Shown here: piece after piece, positions 56,924 through 64,000 of the stretch
How the letters are laid out: every line of letters begins with the position of its first letter
How positions within the stretch are numbered: position 1 is the stretch's first letter
Sequence record: MK817115.1
Length of the DNA stretch: 64,000 bases
Strand: one strand, 5' to 3'
Program-made: the position numbers and the translations under genes
The notes under the pieces: model-generated
The model's database searches: none
Told to the model about the DNA's origin: nothing
The model's input: only the letters and a program-made list of their open reading frames with translations

Positions 56924-59620
56924 TTACCAGTTTATGGTTCCTGTTTGTGATGGTAGACCGTAGCTAACTGGGAACGATGAACCTGCTGATTCAAGTGAAG
57001 CACCAAATATATCTAAACGGGAACGTTTTTGTATATTAATTGTTTCGATTTGAATTGCATTAGTTTGAATTGTACCTATCCAAAAAATATTATATGCAGT
57101 TGTCCCTGTTTCAGAAATAACATCAGTAGTTATGTAATAGTTTGCCAATCCTTGTTCCAATTTAACATATACATAAAATGTTGTATTTGCTGGATTAGAC
57201 TTAATAGTTCTCAAATCAATATTTGAAACTGGTAGTGAAAATGACTTACCTGAAAGAATAACTGGTGTTTCCTCTGTAAAATATACAATAAACCCTTGAG
57301 CAACGTCCTGGGATACTACGTTAATTGGGCTACCTTGTGCAGTCCAGTTATTATAGTCTGCAATCGTTGTTCCATATTTTTTGAATGTCATTTTATTTGA
57401 GTAATCCATTGGTTCAAAAATTCCAAAACCAATACCAGGTAATGCTGCTGGTTGACTTCCTTGTTCATAACTGGCATGAGATCCAGTAATTATAAAACTT
57501 GTAAATTGTGCAGTTGATTTAGTTACATATGCTCTAAATTGATGAGTTGCAGTATTACCTATTGTTGGATGTGATAATGGGTCAGAACCACCAATGAAGT
57601 AGAATGAACCACCATCATATATGGTCAAACCAACAGAAGAAGATGCAATCGAACCATTCCCAGTTGGTGTAAAGTTATCACCATACGTATTCTCAAGTAC
57701 TAAACGCTTAAATGTAATAGATGTAATATTACCAACTCTAGTATTGACATTAACTTCAGCAATTCTAATATAGTTTCTATAATCATTAGTAATTGTACTC
57801 AACATAACAAAAGCTGGAATGTCTGTTTGTTGTGGAACAAATAGTGTCATATCACGGTATGCTTGTGCTGATAAATTCCAATCACTTAGAACTTTGGCAT
57901 ATTCAGTATTTCTAAAATTGTCCAGTACTGATTGTGTAACGCTTATAATTCCTGTGCCATTTAAGTTTTTATCATAGGATAATGATTGTGAATAACGTTG
58001 CCCAACCATAAAAATACCACCATTGGTTGTGACAGTTGACCCAGAAATACTACTAATAAAAATTCTATTATTTGCATTATCATCAACATTAGCACGTTCA
58101 ACTGTAGGTTCATAACCTTGTATTGTTCCTAAAGATAATGATTTAAATGTAAAATTAGGAGTACTTTTATGAACTGCATATGATGGTCTAAATCCACCAC
58201 TACCTGATGCACGTGAATATTGTTTAGTACTGTTATCTGGTAGTAATTCTACACCATTAATAAATGAACCAACCGCTGAACCAAAAGACGGGCGAACTAT
58301 ACCACCTTTGAAGTCAGTAGAAAGTACAGCACGGACATTCAGCATACTATAAACTATTTGAATAGGAAACTTAGCTTTTTGCATAAGTAATGGTTCTGCT
58401 AAGTTTGGACATGTAGTACAAAAAGCTTCACCAGAATTCAAATAAAAATATGAACTATAAATGTTTCTTGCATTTGCATGGTTATACAATGGATCGTTAT
58501 TTAAAACGTTACCAGTAGGAACTAATGCCGAACCAGTATTAGTTATAACTAATGGTGCTTGATATGAACCAATATCGTTACCCGCATCTAATGTACATTG
58601 TTTAGTACTCATATTGAACACAAAACTGTAACTATGCTGTGGACGTGTATTATATGTTGCCATTGTAAACCAAGCGTCCCCGTTCATTCTAAAGCGGAAA
58701 TTCTGCGTTCCTGGCTGCTGTGCAACATATAAATCAATTGATGTCATGTAAATCCCAATACCACGTAGATTTTGTGGAACATACACATAAGGTTTATCAG
58801 CAATATTTGTTGATGTTACCTGATTAGTAATAACCATATTATTTTGTGCAGAATATGTCGTGTTATAAAATGTTTTAGTAGTCCATCCAGTAATTCGAGT
58901 TGCAGTATAAGTACCATTGCTTATATTATAAACAACTTTTACAACAACTAATTGTAGTTGGTTATTTTCATTAAGTACGTTAAAAACATATATAGAACCA
59001 TCTTCTGCCATCATAGCATATTCAATACCACCTTCAGGTGATATATCTGCTTGGTTAACGAAAAAACCAGTATGCAATTTATCATCTAATGTACCATTGG
59101 TAATTGATATGAACAAACCATTAGTACTGTTAGAAGTATCAATATATCTACCGAGTAAAATATTTGGATCAGTATTGTATAAACCAATCGCAACTCTATT
59201 TGAACCAAAAAACCCAGGCTTGTATTGACGACTAGTGTTAATTGTACGGCTCATGTCATCAACTGATAATGCGTTAGCCAAATATGAATAAAATAATCCC
59301 TCAACACTACCGTTTGTCCCACTACGTAAAAGTACTAGTGTACCATCGTTTTCTAATAAAATTTTATTTCTACGTTGTGACTGGTTTTCTGATGCACCAT
59401 TGAAATCCCCAGAAACACCCGCAGGTAGATAGTTTTGTGAACCATAATGGGAGATTGGCATCATACTTACTATATCTAGTACTTCATCTCTGGAATAAGT
59501 ATCTAATTCCAAGTTACCGTTGGAATCAAAAACTTGTTCATTTATTCCTTGAATTGTTCTTTTACCATTAACTGTCACATTATGTGTGACATCTAAGCCA
59601 CCATATATTTTCTTTGACAT
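56924..59620 (-). CDS. Tail fibre/receptor-binding-like structural protein (898 aa)
   Basis: Perfect TATAAATA upstream; ENDGTLVLLRSGTNGS, VSQDVAQGF..YFT and GSSFPVSYGLPSQTGTINW. Confidence 0.7.
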   Translation of the reverse strand: MSKKIYGGLDVTHNVTVNGKRTIQGINEQVFDSNGNLELDTYSRDEVLDIVSMMPISHYGSQNYLPAGVSGDFNGASENQSQRRNKILLENDGTLVLLRSGTNGSVEGLFYSYLANALSVDDMSRTINTSRQYKPGFFGSNRVAIGLYNTDPNILLGRYIDTSNSTNGLFISITNGTLDDKLHTGFFVNQADISPEGGIEYAMMAEDGSIYVFNVLNENNQLQLVVVKVVYNISNGTYTATRITGWTTKTFYNTTYSAQNNMVITNQVTSTNIADKPYVYVPQNLRGIGIYMTSIDLYVAQQPGTQNFRFRMNGDAWFTMATYNTRPQHSYSFVFNMSTKQCTLDAGNDIGSYQAPLVITNTGSALVPTGNVLNNDPLYNHANARNIYSSYFYLNSGEAFCTTCPNLAEPLLMQKAKFPIQIVYSMLNVRAVLSTDFKGGIVRPSFGSAVGSFINGVELLPDNSTKQYSRASGSGGFRPSYAVHKSTPNFTFKSLSLGTIQGYEPTVERANVDDNANNRIFISSISGSTVTTNGGIFMVGQRYSQSLSYDKNLNGTGIISVTQSVLDNFRNTEYAKVLSDWNLSAQAYRDMTLFVPQQTDIPAFVMLSTITNDYRNYIRIAEVNVNTRVGNITSITFKRLVLENTYGDNFTPTGNGSIASSSVGLTIYDGGSFYFIGGSDPLSHPTIGNTATHQFRAYVTKSTAQFTSFIITGSHASYEQGSQPAALPGIGFGIFEPMDYSNKMTFKKYGTTIADYNNWTAQGSPINVVSQDVAQGFIVYFTEETPVILSGKSFSLPVSNIDLRTIKSNPANTTFYVYVKLEQGLANYYITTDVISETGTTAYNIFWIGTIQTNAIQIETINIQKRSRLDIFGASLESAGSSFPVSYGLPSQTGTINW

Positions 59621-59654
59621 TATATATCCCTTATAAATTAGATATTAGTTAATG

Positions 59655-59662
59655 TATTTATA
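59655..59662 (-). promoter_or_regulatory. T4-type late promoter TATAAATA; shorter TAAATA cores precede other structural genes
   Basis: Minus strand TATAAATA 35 nt before the tail gene. TAAATA also at 50230, 46261, 30274, 28416, 25342, 24561 and 21631 (minus) and at 3031 and 9487 (plus). Confidence 0.55.
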
Positions 59663-59669
59663 TACATAA

Positions 59670-59694
59670 TAAAAAAGCACCCAACGGGTGCTTA
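59670..59694 (-). terminator. Rho-independent terminator after nrdG
   Basis: AAAAAAGCACCC-AAC-GGGTGCTT. Confidence 0.7.
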
Positions 59695-59696
59695 TG

Positions 59697-60167
59697 CTAA
59701 AAATCTTTATTTTTATATAGTATTCTTTGATTATTTGAACCACGGAAAGGTAATTTTAAATTCTTTTCGGACTCAATAAACTTACCATCAACTAATACAT
59801 CTAAGTACTGAAGTATATCTTTAGCATGATTTTTCATAATCTCATCTAAAGTATACCCACTCCAGCACCAAATAGTTTTACTAGGATAAGTTTCTTTAAC
59901 TACTTTGCATAGATTTAAAACTTCATCTATATTCTTTTTCATTAATGGATCGCCGCCTAGAAGTGACAAACCACTAACATATGGTTTTTTTAGTTCCTGT
60001 AGTATAATCTCAACTGTTTCAGTACTGAACAATTGACCACTTCTGTAATCCCATGCTTCTTCATTGAAGCAACCATCACATCCGTGCGAACACCCACTAA
60101 CAAATAAAGAGCAGCGAACGCCCTCTCCATTTACTAAATCATCCTTGATTATCGTCTGGTAATTCAT
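59697..60167 (-). CDS. nrdG: Anaerobic ribonucleotide reductase activating enzyme (radical SAM)
   Basis: NGEGVRCSLFVSGCSHGCDGCFN, GLSLLGGDPL and FRGSNNQRI. Confidence 0.96.
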   Translation of the reverse strand: MNYQTIIKDDLVNGEGVRCSLFVSGCSHGCDGCFNEEAWDYRSGQLFSTETVEIILQELKKPYVSGLSLLGGDPLMKKNIDEVLNLCKVVKETYPSKTIWCWSGYTLDEIMKNHAKDILQYLDVLVDGKFIESEKNLKLPFRGSNNQRILYKNKDF

Positions 60168-60471
60168 CTAATATTGCACTCACTATTTCGACAAGAACAT
60201 CGCCGTGACATGATTTTGGTTTACAGAAACAACCAAGGCGTTTCCCTGCGAGTTCAAGTAATTCATCAATCTTAACTTCTCCACAAGAAATACGTTCAAT
60301 AATGTATTCTCTGAATTTTTCAATTGATTCTTCTCTTGTACTAACAATGAACTCGGCTTTGGTTTGTTTATCTTTAATATGGGTAAATGGGTTTCCCCAT
60401 TTAGACCCACGTCCAATATACACATCATACGGTTCTTTGTATTTGTTAACCACAATTGGCTTTAAATCCAT
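60139..60471 (-). CDS. DUF4326 family protein
   Basis: VVNKYKEPYDVYIGRGSKWGNPF...ELAGKRLGCFCKPKSCHGDVL. Confidence 0.85.
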   Translation of the reverse strand: MDLKPIVVNKYKEPYDVYIGRGSKWGNPFTHIKDKQTKAEFIVSTREESIEKFREYIIERISCGEVKIDELLELAGKRLGCFCKPKSCHGDVLVEIVSAILDELPDDNQG

Positions 60472-60479
60472 AATTTACC

Positions 60480-62285
60480 TTATTTGTGCTGAATACGCTC
60501 ACAACACTCTTGTTGCTTGCCTTTATTGAAGCCACGCGAAGAAGGATTACCCAAGTACCCAGAAACACGACGAATCACTGAGATTGTCTTCTCATTACGA
60601 TTATCACATACAGGACAGTGGAAACCATGTTTATCTACACTGAACTCACCCTGGAAGCCACATTCATAACAATGGTCAACTGGTTGGTTAATACCAAAAT
60701 ATGGTATCTTAGTGTACGCATAGTTAACTAATGTTTCAAGTGCTTGAATGTTGTTTGCTAAGTTTGGAGATTCAACATAACTGATGTTTCCACCGTTACT
60801 TAGGTAAGCAAACCCTTCTTCATAACTCCATTTATCAAATGGAGAACTTTCTACCCATACTGGTTGATGGAAGGAATTTGTGATGTAATCACGTTTTAGT
60901 ACTGAAGGATATTTTGCTTCAATGCAACGTGCAAATTTATAACAAAGCGACTCTGCTGGAGTTCCATATAGACTAAAAGCAATATTACTTTCTTTTTTGA
61001 ACTCATCACATTTTACTTTCATATAATTCAGTACTGACATACAAAACTCCTTACTGATAGAACCAGTGAGGATTTCTGAACATTCAACAAGACCAACATA
61101 ACCAATACTAATACTAGCATAACCATTGTAAAATAGCTTGTCAATAGTTTCTTCTGCACCTAAACGTGCTAATGCACCTTCCATGAACAAAATTGGATTC
61201 TGCTTCGCTTTAGTGCCTTTTAAACGCTCCACACGGTTCATCTGAGCACGATATGCAATATTCATATGCTCGTCTATCTTATCAAAAAACTCTCCATCAG
61301 AATCACTCTCAAGAGCAATTAGAGGTAAATTGATAGAAACCACACCTAAATTGAAACGACCGTTGTATTGTTCATTTCCATTTGAATCTTCCCATTTTCC
61401 TAAGAATGAACGACATCCCATCGGTGTTACAGCAGTACTACTACTTCCCGTCACTTTGTGATTTAATGGAACTGAAACAAAGTCTGGGTAGATTCGTTTT
61501 GATGCACAACGCATAGCTAACTGTTTAAGGTCATAATTACTATCATTGGTATTCATGTTTATACCATCTTGTAAAAAGAAAATTACTTTAGGAAACACTG
61601 GAGTAATCTTATCTTTACCTAAACCATTCTCATGAACTTTTAAGTACTGTTCAGTGATTAATTTACCAAATTTAGAAGTATTAAGCCCTAAACTAAGAGA
61701 AATGAATGCAGCTTGTCCATTAGTGCTAATCATTGAATTAGTCTGGTAAAGTAATGTTTGACATCCATCGTATACTTCTTTTCGTAATTCTTCTTCAATG
61801 AACTCATCACTTAGATTATATTTCTTTTGTTTTTCTAACAGCTTATCCCATGACTTTTGAACGTAAGGTTCTAAACCGACATCAATGTGAGCCAACGATT
61901 GACCGCCGTATTGGGAACTAGCTACAGCTTGTACAATCTGTGTCAGTACTGTACATGCTACACTAAAACTCTTTGGTTCTTCAATTTTGGCACAACCAAT
62001 GGTAAATCCATTTTTTAGCATATCTGGGTAGTTAACTAAGCAACAGTTGGTTAATGGGCTGATATAGTAGTCTAAATCATGAATATGACCATAACCATCA
62101 TTATGCCACTGCATTAGCTCATTTGGAATAACATCTTGTGAATAATGCTTAGATAGGATACCTGCAAGTAAATCCCTGTGTGTATTGACGCATTTCGCAT
62201 CTTTGTTCGCATTTTCGTTGGTAAGATCAGTATTGCTCTGATTGAGGAAATTCGTTACGTCAGTATATAATTTATCTAATTGCAT
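60480..62285 (-). CDS. nrdD: Class III (anaerobic) ribonucleoside-triphosphate reductase, no ATP cone
   Basis: ENANKD, HIHDLDY, TNCCL, QYGGQS, PMGCRSFL, RFNLGVVSINL, TPAESL, Zn-finger CYECG/CPVC and glycyl-radical RRVSGYLG; AGGA RBS before MQLDKL (62285). Confidence 0.98.
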   Translation of the reverse strand: MQLDKLYTDVTNFLNQSNTDLTNENANKDAKCVNTHRDLLAGILSKHYSQDVIPNELMQWHNDGYGHIHDLDYYISPLTNCCLVNYPDMLKNGFTIGCAKIEEPKSFSVACTVLTQIVQAVASSQYGGQSLAHIDVGLEPYVQKSWDKLLEKQKKYNLSDEFIEEELRKEVYDGCQTLLYQTNSMISTNGQAAFISLSLGLNTSKFGKLITEQYLKVHENGLGKDKITPVFPKVIFFLQDGINMNTNDSNYDLKQLAMRCASKRIYPDFVSVPLNHKVTGSSSTAVTPMGCRSFLGKWEDSNGNEQYNGRFNLGVVSINLPLIALESDSDGEFFDKIDEHMNIAYRAQMNRVERLKGTKAKQNPILFMEGALARLGAEETIDKLFYNGYASISIGYVGLVECSEILTGSISKEFCMSVLNYMKVKCDEFKKESNIAFSLYGTPAESLCYKFARCIEAKYPSVLKRDYITNSFHQPVWVESSPFDKWSYEEGFAYLSNGGNISYVESPNLANNIQALETLVNYAYTKIPYFGINQPVDHCYECGFQGEFSVDKHGFHCPVCDNRNEKTISVIRRVSGYLGNPSSRGFNKGKQQECCERIQHK

Positions 62286-62444
62286 TGTACATTCCTTGTA
62301 TTTTGAAATCATCTGGGGGTGAAGATATTTAATATCACCAGACAACATTATAGCGTCAGAACAGGTTATTTCTCTTGACCTATATCAAGGAAAAGTCACA
62401 TTGGTTTTTATTTGCACAAATAGAAAAAGCACCACTAGGGTGCT

Positions 62445-62561
62445 TTAAAGTACTGCTAATATAACAACTGCCCAAATTAACAGTAATACATTGGTTGGTG
62501 CGGAAAAAAGCATATATGCAGCAAGTGCACTACAACCTATGACAAGTTTAGCTAGTCTCAT
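62445..62561 (-). CDS. 38-aa hydrophobic small protein (below the ORF-track cutoff)
   Basis: MRLAKLVIGCSALAAYMLFSAPTNVLLLIWAVVILAVL, followed by a terminator at 62424-62447. Confidence 0.5.
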   Translation of the reverse strand: MRLAKLVIGCSALAAYMLFSAPTNVLLLIWAVVILAVL

Positions 62562-62733
62562 CTGGACTCCATGTAATAGTCACTGTGAAAGTGCCTTCCT
62601 GAAAACCAAACTCATCTTGTGGGATTTGTTCAGCTAATGGGTTAAATCTTGAATCGAAGGCTTCATGTACGTCTCTTTGAATATCATAGAGACTTTCACC
62701 ATCGTATTCTTTTTTGAAGATTTCATTCTGCAT
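62548..62733 (-). CDS. Small hypothetical protein
   Basis: 61-aa ORF. Confidence 0.5.
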   Translation of the reverse strand: MQNEIFKKEYDGESLYDIQRDVHEAFDSRFNPLAEQIPQDEFGFQEGTFTVTITWSPDETS

Positions 62734-63133
62734 TTAAACGTAACGACCCTCGGATTGTATATGGATAATTATCTAATAGATCGATTAGTCTATTAAATGT
62801 ATGAGTACTGATGAATGGATGTTTCTTAGCTAGTTCAATGCGTTTTTCAAAATCCATTATTGTAATCTCGGTTCTATTGAAACTACCTTTACGTCTGTAC
62901 GTTAGTAAACGCTCTTTATGTCCATCAAGCTGGAAATCAAAATATGTTGTTGCATTATAATCACTATCATCACTGATAGGCTTTGAAAGATCCAGATTAT
63001 ACGTAGTTCCAATCGCAAAAAAGTATCCACCATCTTCCAATGGAATATCTTTGTCGCTTAGATTGAAATCTGTTTCATCACCTAGTATATCAAATATCTT
63101 GATACTTAGTGACATAAATTCATCAGCTAACAT
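62723..63133 (-). CDS. Hypothetical protein
   Basis: 136-aa ORF. Confidence 0.5.
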   Translation of the reverse strand: MLADEFMSLSIKIFDILGDETDFNLSDKDIPLEDGGYFFAIGTTYNLDLSKPISDDSDYNATTYFDFQLDGHKERLLTYRRKGSFNRTEITIMDFEKRIELAKKHPFISTHTFNRLIDLLDNYPYTIRGSLRLNAE

Positions 63134-63144
63134 TTCTTTTTACC

Positions 63145-63363
63145 TTATTTGATAACTCTACAGTAGTACTGAATAATGTAAGGAAATAAAGGATTATTTA
63201 CGTATGTTGCAAAATTAGCTATTGTAACTTTTTTATAGTACGAATTATGAATTGTTATAAGAGTGTGGGGGTCTATTGATTCTCTATTAGAGAGTTCAAC
63301 ATAACGCCCACACTTCATATAAGCCTTACCATAATAATCGTAAATTATCTCGTATTTTTCCAT
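63145..63363 (-). CDS. Small hypothetical protein
   Basis: 72-aa ORF. Confidence 0.45.
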   Translation of the reverse strand: MEKYEIIYDYYGKAYMKCGRYVELSNRESIDPHTLITIHNSYYKKVTIANFATYVNNPLFPYIIQYYCRVIK

Positions 63364-63723
63364 TTATTCAGGATCTTTATTTTTATCAACTGTGTTGTTT
63401 TTATTCAAATCAATTTGCAAAGCCATTGCAGCTTCAGCATTTTCTTCATGTGTGCCATTGAATTTATACCCATTCTTGATGAGATTCACGGTGTAGTACT
63501 TATTATAAAGAAATGCCCATACAACCATTGCAATTGTACCCACAATCCAAAATGACACTGCGTTGAGGATGAAGTAAATTACGAATGCACCGATGAACGT
63601 AATAAAGTCACCACGAAACAATGCAGGGAACGGTCCAAAGAATAATGTTGTCCAAGAAAAACCAAAGAAACCATCTTTGCGTTGTCCTACATTTTCATTT
63701 TTTAAAGAAATTGTTTTAGCCAT
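63364..63723 (-). CDS. Membrane protein, DUF2628-like
   Basis: GGAG RBS before MAKTIS; GFFGFSWTTLFFGPFPALFRGD plus TM helices and NKYYTVNLIKNGY. Confidence 0.6.
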   Translation of the reverse strand: MAKTISLKNENVGQRKDGFFGFSWTTLFFGPFPALFRGDFITFIGAFVIYFILNAVSFWIVGTIAMVVWAFLYNKYYTVNLIKNGYKFNGTHEENAEAAMALQIDLNKNNTVDKNKDPE

Positions 63724-63733
63724 TTTTAATCTC

Positions 63734-63955
63734 CTACTTTTTATTTGGGTTTGGTATACAGTACACAAATACTAAATGATTAAAATGTTCTGTATTCGCA
63801 TACTTTGCTAAGTCGGTTATGAGGAAGTTTGTATCTTTAAATCTGCCATCATTGTATGTTGTGATTTGAAAACGTAGTTCCGGTGCAAAAATATAATAAT
63901 AGAATATATCATTTACACACCCAACAGTATGCTTAGCATATCTTTCAATTTTCAT
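63734..63955 (-). CDS. Small hypothetical protein
   Basis: 73-aa ORF. Confidence 0.4.
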   Translation of the reverse strand: MKIERYAKHTVGCVNDIFYYYIFAPELRFQITTYNDGRFKDTNFLITDLAKYANTEHFNHLVFVYCIPNPNKK

Positions 63956-64000
63956 GTGTGGATAATCTCTTTCACCCCATATTCTTTTATTGCTAATGAG

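Noticed and set aside
60480-62285. Intein or intron in nrdD, thyA or the sheath gene (common insertion sites in phages)
   Set aside because: The ORFs are continuous and of normal length, with no splice or LAGLIDADG motifs

Overview
A 64 kb AT-rich segment of a T4-superfamily jumbo myophage. Gene content and order resemble the RaK2/GAP32/121Q-type enterobacterial jumbo phages; this is judged from recognisable genes, with no database search. Positions 1-11490 (+ strand) carry a receptor-binding and tail-fibre module: a WcaM-like colanic-acid depolymerase tailspike, a 1841-aa repetitive fibre and a DUF4376 chaperone. Everything from 11525 to the end is on the minus strand. That part includes thymidylate synthase, a SLOG protein, a MoxR-type AAA ATPase plus HExxH-peptidase/vWA pair, and a head/tail morphogenesis block (gp4-like nuclease, three tube-like paralogs, sheath, neck). 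It also has dNMP kinase and many host-takeover or counter-defence candidates: PTH2-like, macrodomain, glutaredoxin, NUDIX, CCA-adding enzyme, HPF, 2H phosphoesterase, Dps-like, a Ser-less ACP-like protein and a RlaP-like nucleotidyltransferase. Lysis genes (LysM-lysozyme, spanins), a GH8-like virion hydrolase, three paralogous tail proteins and nrdD/nrdG complete it. Three signals stand out as unexplained. (1) The palindrome AGTACT is about 5-6-fold over-represented across the whole window, occurs in all three reading frames, and is often built from otherwise disfavoured codons. (2) A ~515-nt, hairpin-rich, ORF-poor unit at 43582-44096 lies between a promoter and a terminator and is a candidate large ncRNA or transcription-primed origin. 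(3) A recurrent phage-specific promoter has the form TGGGACA-N16-TATAAT. No tRNA genes, CRISPR arrays, introns or inteins were recognised.
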